Shown in pieces: positions 9,957 to 18,688 of a stretch of 59,681 bases of DNA. Numbering within the stretch: the stretch's first letter is position 1; the number at the start of each line of letters is the position of its first letter. This DNA comes from a virus (taxonomy: Duplodnaviria > Caudoviricetes). Under the pieces are notes generated by a model. That model searched no databases, was not told the DNA's origin, and was given only the letters and a program-made list of their open reading frames with translations. The stretch spans positions 1 to 59,681 of the IMG/VR virus record IMGVR_UViG_3300040816_000388; one strand, given 5' to 3'. The position numbers were made by a program, and so were the translations under genes.

Positions 9957-10589
9957 TTATGCCTTCTTTAATTCTTTTTGTAGTCTTCTAATAGTTTTAT
10001 CTCGTTTCTTCATTGCTCGTTGTAATTTAAAATCACTAACATGTTGTATAAACAATTCGCCTTGTAAATGTTCAAACTCATGTTGGAAACATCTAGCATC
10101 AATACCATCCATCCAAGTTTGAACAACTGTTTCGCCATCTGACTTTGTGTATTCTACTTTTACTTTTTCAGGTCTTGTAATTTGTAAATAAATTAAAGGA
10201 AAACTTAGACAGCCTTCTTCATATAAATCATCACTGCCTGCTGTTTCTAGTATCTTAGGATTAAAGCAACCAATGTCACCAAGTATAGAGTGCTTCATGA
10301 CAAACAAGTTATAACTATTTCCTATTTGAGGACATGCTAAACCTATGCCAATTTTGTCATGCATTAGGTTGCACATTTCAATTTCCCTAGCATTCCAATC
10401 TGCGTCAACACTAAAAGGGTCAATGTTTGCTCTTCTTCTTAATGCTGGGTGATTAGGTTGTACAAGTTCACATTTCCAATTATCTGCAGATACACTTATA
10501 TCTGATGTAGATGCCATATTGGCAAAAGGATCGTATGCTCTAATAGTAGGAGTTGCTGAGACTACAGTTATATCAGGTTTTTTTGACAT
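9957..10589 (-). CDS. def: Peptide deformylase
   Basis: GIGLACPQIG, EGCLS and QHEFEHLQG, the three PDF motifs. Confidence 0.93.
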   Translation of the reverse strand: MSKKPDITVVSATPTIRAYDPFANMASTSDISVSADNWKCELVQPNHPALRRRANIDPFSVDADWNAREIEMCNLMHDKIGIGLACPQIGNSYNLFVMKHSILGDIGCFNPKILETAGSDDLYEEGCLSFPLIYLQITRPEKVKVEYTKSDGETVVQTWMDGIDARCFQHEFEHLQGELFIQHVSDFKLQRAMKKRDKTIRRLQKELKKA

Positions 10590-11046
10590 GTTTCTTTTTA
10601 AAATCTATTTTAATTACTTCTGCTCGATTTAAACGTTGAGCAATATCATATGCAACTACTACGGTTAAGCCACTTGCTAAAAATCTTAAATCAAACAATA
10701 ATGCTTCTAAACTAAATGGTGGGAACCATTGTCCGGTGTTTGCAAATATATGCCACACAAACCAACTAGCAAACAAAGATGTATACATACGATCTTTAAA
10801 AAATTCACTAATAAAAGGTGCTAATGCAATAGCGGTATATGTTGCTATCATACTGTTATGGAAACCTATAATAGCATCAGACACAAACATTACTGCTAGT
10901 GGTAATAAAAATGCAAAATTATTTTTTGTTAGGAATGGTGTTAAAACAGCAAGACCTAGCAAAGGTTCGCTATTGGCGGGAAGTGGTAAAAGTCTACTCA
11001 ATACTAATACTCCAAATATTAGTATTGCTGTTTTTAAATAATTCAT
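10573..11046 (-). CDS. Multi-pass membrane protein (DUF6580-like putative transport protein)
   Basis: Hydrophobic; SRLLPLPAN..PL, SD..IGFH; start moved to ATG 11046 because the longer ORF overlaps tRNA-Pro. Confidence 0.55.
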   Translation of the reverse strand: MNYLKTAILIFGVLVLSRLLPLPANSEPLLGLAVLTPFLTKNNFAFLLPLAVMFVSDAIIGFHNSMIATYTAIALAPFISEFFKDRMYTSLFASWFVWHIFANTGQWFPPFSLEALLFDLRFLASGLTVVVAYDIAQRLNRAEVIKIDFKKKHVKKT

Positions 11047-11051
11047 ATCTA

Positions 11052-11060
11052 TATTTATCA
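11052..11060 (-). promoter_or_regulatory. Late promoter TGATAAATA, 5 nt before the ATG at 11046
   Basis: Motif match. Confidence 0.6.
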
Positions 11061-11068
11061 TTTGAATA

Positions 11069-11145
11069 TGGTCGGAGCAGTAGGATTTGAACCTACGACC
11101 CCCGCCTCCCAAAGGCGGTGCACTACCAGGCTGTGCTATGCTCCG
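11069..11145 (-). tRNA. tRNA-Pro(UGG)
   Basis: Cloverleaf CGGAGCA...TGCTCCG ACCA, anticodon TGG, GTTCAAAT. Confidence 0.95.
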
Positions 11146-11148
11146 ATT

Positions 11149-11239
11149 TGGCGGAGAAGATGAGATTCGAACTCATGAAAGGCTACTAACCTTTGCTGGT
11201 TTTCAAGACCAGTGCATTCAACCACTCTGCCACTTCTCC
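11149..11239 (-). tRNA. tRNA-Ser(UGA)
   Basis: GGAGAAG...CTTCTCC GCCA, anticodon TGA, long variable arm. Confidence 0.95.
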
Positions 11240-11241
11240 TT

Positions 11242-11511
11242 TTACTCTTTGTGTTGTGCTATTTTCTCCTTGAACAATGCAATAGCATGTTCCAAGCCAG
11301 CAATGGTTTTTTCTAACCGTTCAACATCTGCTGACCTAATGGTGTTACTACCTGGAACAAGATGGTATTCAATATTGCGTTCAACAATCTCTTCCCAAGT
11401 TTCTACACCTTCAAAGTTAGGTTCACATGCTTGACCTAAATACAATGCTCGTAAAATGCCTTCAGGCTCTACATCAGCATACAATTCAATTTCAAGTTCT
11501 GCTTTCATCAC
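11242..11511 (-). CDS. Hypothetical protein
   Basis: 89-aa ORF in an overlapping gene run. Confidence 0.6.
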   Translation of the reverse strand: MMKAELEIELYADVEPEGILRALYLGQACEPNFEGVETWEEIVERNIEYHLVPGSNTIRSADVERLEKTIAGLEHAIALFKEKIAQHKE

Positions 11512-11915
11512 TGCACCTCAACAAATAATCCGTCATGAATTTTGTACAATACAACATCACCGCTTGAGCGAATGTATGCTCTGCCACCATCAATCATGTT
11601 GTCACCGATCATTTTGCAGTCATGTCGATGAGCACTGTAATGTAGGTTACCTTTGCCATCCTGGATCATGGCAAACTCGGCTCCCTCAATAACGTCCGCA
11701 TTGGTAATCATCACACGATCCTGTGTGTCAATAAACATACCAAAATAGCGATTACCAAACTCAGGATGCGGAGTATCGCGATAGAAGATATCCATAGCCT
11801 GTGCTTCGCCACTTAATGCACTAGTGCAAACATATTTCACAGGTACGCCGTCCTTCTTGGAATAGTGTTCGACTACAGTATCTGTTTTAAAAATAGGTTT
11901 ATGTTTTATATTCAA
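11508..11915 (-). CDS. Conserved phage hypothetical protein
   Basis: DIFYRDTPHPEFGNRYFG, YSAHRHD, IDGGRAY. Confidence 0.65.
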   Translation of the reverse strand: MNIKHKPIFKTDTVVEHYSKKDGVPVKYVCTSALSGEAQAMDIFYRDTPHPEFGNRYFGMFIDTQDRVMITNADVIEGAEFAMIQDGKGNLHYSAHRHDCKMIGDNMIDGGRAYIRSSGDVVLYKIHDGLFVEVQ

Positions 11916-12102
11916 AACGTTCCTCCATTTCTTCCATATCGTATTGTGTAGGGTAGTGCTTCAGCAGTCTGCCTGCCTCTTGCCTCACTGCTCGTGGAAC
12001 CCTGGGAGTCTTTTTAGGATCCAATAGATCAATTAGAAACCGTTCAGTTCGCAACACAGCATTGGTTCTTTCAGTTGGTAGTGTCATAGATATTCCTTCC
12101 AA
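11899..12102 (-). CDS. Conserved phage hypothetical protein
   Basis: MTLPTERTNAV...TPRVPRAVRQEA..LLKHYP (true start probably 12087). Confidence 0.65.
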   Translation of the reverse strand: MEGISMTLPTERTNAVLRTERFLIDLLDPKKTPRVPRAVRQEAGRLLKHYPTQYDMEEMEERFEYKT

Positions 12103-12599
12103 CTTAGCTCGTCAATAAAGACCTTTAATGTTCTGTTATCATCTTGTAAAGCATAAAAGATTCCTTCTTCTTTGTTGAGATACTTTACATAAGTTCGTCC
12201 ATTATCGTCAATTACTTCAAAACGTGTGACACCTTTCATAGCCTGCAGGTCCTCGCCATCGTAAATAGCATTGTGCAGAGCCATGTAACCACAGTCCATG
12301 CCACGACCATACATGCTGAGATCAAACCCAAACACATCATACAGTGCATAACGGTAAGTGCCGCGATCCTGTAGATCTGCTTTGTGTATACGCTTACACA
12401 CAGCATAGAAGGCATCTTCACGCTCTTGTTCAGTTAGCCCGTTCCACCAATCGTCATTATCGGCTTCGTACTGCTTACGAGCTTTTTCCATTTCTTGGCT
12501 TAGTTCTGTTAGTGCATCTAGTGCCTCAGACTGTTTATTGCGAGGATCCATACCACCATCGCTCACAATATTTGTATACTTGTCATCGCTCATGGCCAT
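12084..12599 (-). CDS. Hypothetical protein (two small fused domains)
   Basis: 171-aa ORF; C-terminal VTRFEVID..GRTYV...QDDNRTLKVF domain. Confidence 0.6.
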   Translation of the reverse strand: MAMSDDKYTNIVSDGGMDPRNKQSEALDALTELSQEMEKARKQYEADNDDWWNGLTEQEREDAFYAVCKRIHKADLQDRGTYRYALYDVFGFDLSMYGRGMDCGYMALHNAIYDGEDLQAMKGVTRFEVIDDNGRTYVKYLNKEEGIFYALQDDNRTLKVFIDELSWKEYL

Positions 12600-12939
12600 G
12601 CTCCATTTGTAATACCATCCAATTAGTATCTTTAGGCATCAGAGTAATCTGACCTTCAAATACTTCATTCTCTTTGAGACTATTATACACTCCAGCGATT
12701 GCCATTGTCAAGCGATAACTTCCTTGATGACACCAATACACAGAACCAGAACTACCATAGAATCCATACAGATATGCCTGTTTCTCTACACCCGTGATAC
12801 CGCTGTTCATACGCCAACTGTCACCTGAAAGGTATCCTCCTGACCATCCGGCAAGCACTTTGTAGAATCCTTTATCATACTTGCCTTCTTTGATTTTCAG
12901 TATGACCCAGTTATCTGGAAAATAGTTTTGTTCACTCAT
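12583..12939 (-). CDS. Conserved phage hypothetical protein
   Basis: PDNWV, YKVLAGWSGGYLSGDSWRMNSGI. Confidence 0.7.
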   Translation of the reverse strand: MSEQNYFPDNWVILKIKEGKYDKGFYKVLAGWSGGYLSGDSWRMNSGITGVEKQAYLYGFYGSSGSVYWCHQGSYRLTMAIAGVYNSLKENEVFEGQITLMPKDTNWMVLQMEHGHER

Positions 12940-13123
12940 TATTATCCTTCTTCTTCAAAGTGTAACCAGGATATTCTCCGGTTTCTTCACATATTAAGGT
13001 TTCTTCCCATTCGAGCTCGTCACCTTCTCTCCAACCCATCTCTGCTAACAGTTCATCAGGGATAGGTAAAATCAGATCTCCGGTATCTGGATCTTGTTCA
13101 ACTTTAACTGTGTACTTACTCAT
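12932..13123 (-). CDS. AbrB/MazE/SpoVT-like DNA-binding protein
   Basis: LILPIPDELLAEMGWREGDELEW; AGGAG SD. Confidence 0.65.
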   Translation of the reverse strand: MSKYTVKVEQDPDTGDLILPIPDELLAEMGWREGDELEWEETLICEETGEYPGYTLKKKDNNE

Positions 13124-13137
13124 TGCTTCTCCTTATT

Positions 13138-13214
13138 TGGTGGGCCCTGTAGGATTTGAACCTACGACCTGCCGATTATGAGTCGGATGCTCTAACCAAC
13201 TGAGCTAAGGGCCC
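13138..13214 (-). tRNA. tRNA-Ile2(CAU), lysidine type
   Basis: Anticodon CAT; GGGCCCT acceptor and GACTCATAATC arm resemble bacterial ileX rather than Met tRNAs. Confidence 0.85.
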
Positions 13215-13259
13215 TGCATCTGCTCTCTGTTTTTACCCTGGGAGAGCCTTACCAGAATG

Positions 13260-13346
13260 TGGTGCCTTGAGCCGGAATCGAACCGGCACGACCTTTCAGT
13301 CGACAGATTTTAAGTCTGTTGTGTCTACCTATTCCACCACCAAGGC
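13260..13346 (-). tRNA. tRNA-Leu(UAA)
   Basis: GCCTTGG acceptor, anticodon TAA, long variable arm, CCA. Confidence 0.95.
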
Positions 13347-13350
13347 TAAT

Positions 13351-13427
13351 TGGCCTGCCCAGCAGGAGTCGAACCTGCAACCTACGGCTTAGAAGGCCGT
13401 TGCTCTATCCAGTTGAGCTATGAGCAG
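13351..13427 (-). tRNA. tRNA-Arg(UCU)
   Basis: Cloverleaf, anticodon TCT, GCCA end. Confidence 0.95.
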
Positions 13428-13445
13428 TTATTCTGTTCCTTTTTT

Positions 13446-13715
13446 TTAATTTGATTTTTCGTATGCCCAAAGAAGTTCGTCACCTTTGAGTACTTCACCA
13501 AAGTACACTTTAGTTCCATTTTCTAACGTTCTTTCTGTAAGTCCGCTATTAAATGAAATATCAGTTACGAATTTTCCATCGGCTGTGTCTTGTGGTCTAT
13601 CATCGTACCACATACTGTCTAATGAATGGACATGAAGGCCCTTAACAGTTTTTGCCCACTCTTCTGCTAAGAGTAGTGTTCGTTGTTTGTCAACTAAATC
13701 TTGATATTGTCCCAT
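13446..13715 (-). CDS. Hypothetical protein
   Basis: 89-aa ORF downstream of a sigma70-type promoter. Confidence 0.65.
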   Translation of the reverse strand: MGQYQDLVDKQRTLLLAEEWAKTVKGLHVHSLDSMWYDDRPQDTADGKFVTDISFNSGLTERTLENGTKVYFGEVLKGDELLWAYEKSN

Positions 13716-13742
13716 AATCTCTACTTCTCAAGTTATGTGTAT

Positions 13743-13770
13743 ATTATAGCAAATAATAACTTAATGTCAA
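13743..13770 (-). promoter_or_regulatory. Sigma70-type promoter TTGACA-16-TATAAT (extended -10)
   Basis: Perfect hexamers, TG upstream of -10. Confidence 0.75.
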
Positions 13771-13782
13771 CCTTTTTAAGAA

Positions 13783-13858
13783 TGGAGCTCGTAGACCGAT
13801 TCGAACGGACGACCTACTGATTACAAATCAGTTGCTCTACCAACTGAGCTATACGAGC
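13783..13858 (-). tRNA. tRNA-Thr(UGU)
   Basis: GCTCGTA acceptor, anticodon TGT, TCCA end. Confidence 0.95.
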
Positions 13859-13979
13859 CTAAATTCTCTTTTATCAACTCTGGATCTGATTATAGACGTT
13901 GATCAGTTGTCTTGCAAATTATGTTCTAAGGTTTAACGTGCAGTAAACACCCGGGCACCCGGGAAAAGTTGCACAAAAC

Positions 13980-14054
13980 TGGCACCCCGTAGGAGAGTCG
14001 AACTCCTGTTGCCGAGATGAAAACCCGGTGTCCTAACCACTAGACGAACGGGGC
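13980..14054 (-). tRNA. tRNA-Glu(UUC)
   Basis: GCCCCGT acceptor, GTCTAGTGGTTAGGAC D-arm, anticodon TTC, GCCA. Confidence 0.93.
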
Positions 14055-14057
14055 AAA

Positions 14058-14279
14058 CTAATCTTGCTGAAGTTTATTGTAATTGAGTTGTATTAAATAC
14101 TCTTTAACATCATCAACTTCATGTAATTTCTTAAGTGCTTGAAAAGGAGTCATATCTCCATCTCTAGCGACTTTAGTTGCTAATAAGATAAGATCATGTC
14201 TACCTAGTTCAAGTTTATCACATAGTTTTTCAATGTCATATCCATCTAGATCGTCATATAACTTATCTTTACTGTTCAT
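14058..14279 (-). CDS. Hypothetical protein
   Basis: 73-aa ORF. Confidence 0.55.
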   Translation of the reverse strand: MNSKDKLYDDLDGYDIEKLCDKLELGRHDLILLATKVARDGDMTPFQALKKLHEVDDVKEYLIQLNYNKLQQD

Positions 14280-14284
14280 GTCTT

Positions 14285-14313
14285 ATTATAACACCATGTT
14301 TATATAAGGTCAA
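14285..14313 (-). promoter_or_regulatory. Sigma70-type promoter TTGACC-17-TATAAT, probably driving the tRNA cluster
   Basis: Near-consensus with extended -10; ATG 5 nt downstream. Confidence 0.65.
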
Positions 14314-15082
14314 CCAAAAAGTCTGCATTATTATAAAATTTTTGCAAATCTTCTATTGTGTTGTCCACCTCATTTCTGTTTATTACCACAGTACGTTGAA
14401 CGTGATGCTGTGGAGGAAACTTCATTTTATGTTTTATATTTAGTTTATTTAGGTATGATGACAACCATTTAATATTATAAATGGTAACTAAAAAGTCAAC
14501 ACTTGCATCACTGTACATCTCATCTACTAATAAGTCGTGATCTACTAGATACATATAATCTGTAATGTTTGATTTTGATATTTCTTCGAATGTAACAGTT
14601 TTCTTACTAGGATTATCATATGCTCTCTTTTCGGTAAAAAACTTAACACCAGGAGTGTCTATTACTGTAAATGCAATTGAGCCGTTTGGTTTACATACTC
14701 TAAGTAATTCAATTAAATCAAATATCATTTGTTTAAATGTAGTGTGGCTGTATATACTATATCCACAAATTAAATCAAATGTTTCATCCTCAAACGGAAA
14801 GGGAGTTTCGTGTGTGCCGTTTTCATTGTAAGCATGATTAAATGCTTCGTGCTTTACCCAGTTAGCATCTGGATTATTCATTTTACCAAAGTCTAAACCT
14901 TCTTGATCGACATCTAAAGAAGTGTATTGCTGTGGTGAAATTAGTTGTAAGTCTAAAAGGTCTTCTAATAAGTTTCCTCTGTTACCACCTATATCTAATA
15001 TAGTAGCATTAGACCAATCCGGTCTACCATGCATCATATCAAAAAAATCGTATCTAGGTTGCCTAGGGAATATATTGCCCAT
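14300..15082 (-). CDS. Class I SAM-dependent methyltransferase
   Basis: ILDIGGNRG, FPFEDETFDLI..YSIYSH, RVCKPNG. Confidence 0.85.
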   Translation of the reverse strand: MGNIFPRQPRYDFFDMMHGRPDWSNATILDIGGNRGNLLEDLLDLQLISPQQYTSLDVDQEGLDFGKMNNPDANWVKHEAFNHAYNENGTHETPFPFEDETFDLICGYSIYSHTTFKQMIFDLIELLRVCKPNGSIAFTVIDTPGVKFFTEKRAYDNPSKKTVTFEEISKSNITDYMYLVDHDLLVDEMYSDASVDFLVTIYNIKWLSSYLNKLNIKHKMKFPPQHHVQRTVVINRNEVDNTIEDLQKFYNNADFLVDLI

Positions 15083-15999
15083 TACAATATCAACTTATGA
15101 TCGTCTGGTAGTCTTTCCTTAGTAGACGGGATATCCTCTTCTTTTTTATTGATGCTATCAAATTGACCAGCACCTTTTGGGTTATGTTTGCCAGCAAAAT
15201 CAAATGGATTTATTTCCCCTGCTAAGAATTGTTCAAATGGACTCGGTGAACCTACTTCTCCTACTCTTTTTAAGAACCAATCAATCTTAGTTGCATGATG
15301 CATTCTTGCTTGTTGCATATTAGGGTGATTGAAATCTGCTGGATCTTCTGGATTTCCTTCCATGTACTTTCTATTTGCAAAAGTTTCATCATCGTTACCA
15401 CCAGTCAAGTCTGCTCTATCGTGTAACACTTCGATATCAATCTTTTCAAATATGCCGGTCATTTTAGCAATAACACTAACCCATGTATCATTTTGTGCAT
15501 TCATACTCCATGCATCACATAGTATAAACCAGTCTGCTGGAATAAGTGGGAAAATAGCAAAAGGATGATCATGGTTATCATGAGGTGATAACAATTTAAA
15601 CTGTCCATCATACTCTCTGACTTTGCTATCCCAACCTTTTGTTTGCATTAAACAATCATCATTCCATAAAAATAACCACTGCCCACTTGAACTATGTGCA
15701 AGTAAGTTTACATAAACATTTAGTTTTTCATATCCCAATGGTTGAAATACTTTTGCTTTACAGGCACAGCCATATGGCTCTACAAATTTTGCGGCTTTAT
15801 CGTTTACCCAATCTAAACTTTCTTGATCGTCTTCATCAATGCCAAGCATTATTTCAATGCCTTGTGGTTCGTCTGCTAGTTCTAAAAGACTTTTTAAACT
15901 TGCTTCTAGTGTTCCACTTTCAACCCTACCTCTTGTAGGAAGTATAATACTAATAGAACTTTTTCTAATAGACTGTTCTGGATTTGCTTGTATTCCCAT
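15082..15999 (-). CDS. GT2 / GT-A glycosyltransferase
   Basis: ISIILPTRGR, DEDD, LWNDD (DxD-like), late H. Confidence 0.8.
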   Translation of the reverse strand: MGIQANPEQSIRKSSISIILPTRGRVESGTLEASLKSLLELADEPQGIEIMLGIDEDDQESLDWVNDKAAKFVEPYGCACKAKVFQPLGYEKLNVYVNLLAHSSSGQWLFLWNDDCLMQTKGWDSKVREYDGQFKLLSPHDNHDHPFAIFPLIPADWFILCDAWSMNAQNDTWVSVIAKMTGIFEKIDIEVLHDRADLTGGNDDETFANRKYMEGNPEDPADFNHPNMQQARMHHATKIDWFLKRVGEVGSPSPFEQFLAGEINPFDFAGKHNPKGAGQFDSINKKEEDIPSTKERLPDDHKLIL

Positions 16000-16003
16000 A
16001 TCT

Positions 16004-16936
16004 TTACCCTGTTATTAGTTTTCTAATGTTACCACGGAATGTGTAATGCCCTACATGATTAAGAGCAGTTCTTGGATCTAAGTATACTTCACCTCCCATA
16101 TTTTGCCACAGTCTACAGAATGTGTAGTCTTCTGACAAGTAACGTCTACTTTCAGGATCAATCATTGTATCAAACAATGCATACATGTGTTTTTCAAACT
16201 TTTGATCAACATTGATATCATTAGCATATTTTAATTCTGGATGTTTATCAAACATTTTTTGAATAACGTCTCTTTGAATACACATAAATCCTGTACCAGC
16301 ATCTTTTAACTTAATTAAATTATCTCTAATTTGAATTTGTGGTAATGGTTTACCTTGTTCATCTTTCAAGAAATCAAAGTTTACAACATAGTTTGAACTA
16401 TGTCCTTCAATTGTTTGTGCTGTTTCTTGATCGTTACTTCTAGCGGCATTTACAATGCTATCCCAATTGATTGCTTTTTTAGGATATGCACCTACTGTAA
16501 CTGGTTTATCGTAAGCAACCATTCTCAATAAATCGTTTGGGTCAAATTCAATATCTGCATCAATAAAGAATAAGTGTGTTGCTTCAGGATGTTCCATAAA
16601 GAAACTTACAAGTGTATTTCTACCTCTTGTAACTAAACTTTCATTTGCTAATGTGCTTACAGTATATTGAATATCAAATTTATTACAGAGAATAGCAAGT
16701 CTCATCATACTTCTAAAGTATGGTTCACCAATTTGCCCACCATAACAAGGTGTAGCAATAAAGATATGCTTATCTCTTAAAACTTGTACTGGAATTTCTA
16801 TTTTGGAATCTAATAGATTGTATAGAACATCGTCGTTTTTGTTTACATCTACATTTTTATTCACTACTTGTTGCTCCTGCTGAGCTGGTGCGTTCTTTGT
16901 AGTATTTTTTGTGGTTTTCTTTTTGCTTCTTGCCAT
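16004..16936 (-). CDS. GT-A fold glycosyltransferase-like protein
   Basis: IATPCYGG, RGRN, FIDADI, GTGFM, SEDYTFC, HVG. Confidence 0.8.
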   Translation of the reverse strand: MARSKKKTTKNTTKNAPAQQEQQVVNKNVDVNKNDDVLYNLLDSKIEIPVQVLRDKHIFIATPCYGGQIGEPYFRSMMRLAILCNKFDIQYTVSTLANESLVTRGRNTLVSFFMEHPEATHLFFIDADIEFDPNDLLRMVAYDKPVTVGAYPKKAINWDSIVNAARSNDQETAQTIEGHSSNYVVNFDFLKDEQGKPLPQIQIRDNLIKLKDAGTGFMCIQRDVIQKMFDKHPELKYANDINVDQKFEKHMYALFDTMIDPESRRYLSEDYTFCRLWQNMGGEVYLDPRTALNHVGHYTFRGNIRKLITG

Positions 16937-16970
16937 CTTGTTGTGCCTTATAAAGTACTCTTAGTATCTA

Positions 16971-16999
16971 AGTTTACTATATTTACTCTATAAGGTCAA
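16971..16999 (-). promoter_or_regulatory. Possible sigma70 promoter TTGACC-17-TAAACT
   Basis: Intergenic, correct spacing. Confidence 0.45.
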
Positions 17000-17008
17000 C
17001 AATTTAAT

Positions 17009-17176
17009 TTATTTTTGGTCTGGTTTTTTAGATATAAAACTATTAAGTTTCTCTGCCTCTGTAATTACTTCTTCTGTTGATGGCATGTGGTCAGGTTTGC
17101 CTGCTTTAGCCTGAAGTATCAGCCGAGCTTCTTGAATAAGTTCTAGTCTAATCTCATAAGGTGTTTTATTAGACAC
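17009..17176 (-). CDS. Small conserved phage protein
   Basis: SNKTPYEIRLELIQEA...PSTEEVITEAEKLNSFIS; GTG start at 17176 with AGGAGA SD; TGATAAATA at 17221..17229. Confidence 0.6.
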   Translation of the reverse strand: MSNKTPYEIRLELIQEARLILQAKAGKPDHMPSTEEVITEAEKLNSFISKKPDQK

Positions 17177-17230
17177 ATTATCTCCTACATTTTTATTACG
17201 GCTGAAGCCTGTTATACACTTATTTATCAA

Positions 17231-17944
17231 TTATTTAAATAATTTACCTTTTGTGTACTTACGATGACAAACATTTATATCCGAGTAATCTTCCACAGCA
17301 CAGGACAAAACAACTCTATCCATATTACTTAATTCATTATAACCTCTATGGAATATCATAGTATTATAAAATGCAGGAACTGTAGGTTTATCCCAACGAC
17401 AAAGTATTTCTGTGTCTTCCATATCTGTCTTTGTAACAAATCCATGCTTTTCATTATCACGTGGATCTACATCTTTGAATCTTGGGAACGTTGCCCATTG
17501 TCCTTCCATAACTGATGCATCGCCGTATACTGGAAAATTTAATGCACATTGTCTTGTATGGAATACTGGGCCTTCACAATGCCATCTACTGTTTGCGTTT
17601 GCAGGAGTACGCAACATAAGTATGCTTGTAAATTTTAAATTTAATGTATCATGTAACCATTCTTTCATTAGTTTTGATAATTCAAAATTTACATCTTCGA
17701 ACAAATTTACTTCTTTAAAGTCCCTTTTGTTCATAGGACTATTTTCTTCTACCTTAATATAACTTTGATACCAATTAGCACTTTGGCTTCTAGATTCATC
17801 ATTCATTAAATCTTCTGGATTTTTGTTATCTTGCATTGCTATTTCACGTTGCAACTCTGAAGTAAAGTATTGTGTTACATCAAAAGGTATAAGTGGCATT
17901 TCTGGCACTTCAAAATAATAAGGTAAAAATTCTCTTGAACTCAT
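17231..17944 (-). CDS. Cupin / Fe(II)-oxygenase-like protein (paralog of 17941..18666)
   Basis: LPYYFEVPE, WHCEGP, CALNF, YNTM.FHRG, R..LS. Confidence 0.6.
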   Translation of the reverse strand: MSSREFLPYYFEVPEMPLIPFDVTQYFTSELQREIAMQDNKNPEDLMNDESRSQSANWYQSYIKVEENSPMNKRDFKEVNLFEDVNFELSKLMKEWLHDTLNLKFTSILMLRTPANANSRWHCEGPVFHTRQCALNFPVYGDASVMEGQWATFPRFKDVDPRDNEKHGFVTKTDMEDTEILCRWDKPTVPAFYNTMIFHRGYNELSNMDRVVLSCAVEDYSDINVCHRKYTKGKLFK

Positions 17945-18666
17945 TTAAATAATTTTCCTGCTTGGTATAGTTTATAAACTCCTTGTATATCAACACTTTC
18001 CGCAACTGAAATACTTAAAATACTTCTTCTTACATCAGAATTTGAATTTGTACCTCTGTGTAAGTACATTGTGTTATAAAAAAATCCTGTGTTTAATTCA
18101 GGTGATTCGTACTCGTCGAGTACTTCTATATTATCTATATCTTCTTTTTTTACATATCCTTGAAGTTCTACTTGTTCGGGCGGAAGGTTACCCCAACTCT
18201 TATTATATCCCCATTGTGCAGAAGTTTTTCCTATATTGCCTTCAACTAAAAAGTTTAATGCACATCTTCTACTGCGTAACTGTGGGCCTTCACAATGCCA
18301 ATAACCGTCTTTGCCTGGTAATGTTCTTAATAACATACAACTTGTCATTCTAATATTAAGTAAGTCATTTGCCCATTCTCTAACAATCCTACTCATATCT
18401 GGGTGTTGTTCTTCTGACATACCAGTTGCGTCACTTAGTGTTGCACCATAGCCGCCTTGTCCTGTGCCACCAGTATTACCAAATGCTCTCATGTACCAAC
18501 CGGCGTCCATTGAAGTTGCTTCTTGACGTTTTAATTTATCAACATAACTATGATTACCATCGTCTACTCTATCGTCTGCTTTCATTACTTTTTCATCATC
18601 TACATATTGTAAAACATCAAAAGGTAATTTAAGTTCTGGTACTTCAAAATAGTATGGTAAGCTCAT
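17941..18666 (-). CDS. Cupin / Fe(II)-oxygenase-like protein
   Basis: LPYYFEVPE, WHCEGP, CALNF, YNTMYLHRG; TGATAAATA at 18672..18680. Confidence 0.6.
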   Translation of the reverse strand: MSLPYYFEVPELKLPFDVLQYVDDEKVMKADDRVDDGNHSYVDKLKRQEATSMDAGWYMRAFGNTGGTGQGGYGATLSDATGMSEEQHPDMSRIVREWANDLLNIRMTSCMLLRTLPGKDGYWHCEGPQLRSRRCALNFLVEGNIGKTSAQWGYNKSWGNLPPEQVELQGYVKKEDIDNIEVLDEYESPELNTGFFYNTMYLHRGTNSNSDVRRSILSISVAESVDIQGVYKLYQAGKLFK

Positions 18667-18688
18667 ACTTCTATTTATCAGTTATTTG

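Noticed and set aside
11087-11434. 115-aa plus-strand ORF
   Set aside because: Antisense to tRNA-Pro, tRNA-Ser and a real CDS; a shadow ORF
13215-13259. GCTCTC...GAGAGC inverted repeat between tRNA-Ile2 and tRNA-Leu
   Set aside because: Too short to call; probably a spacer hairpin
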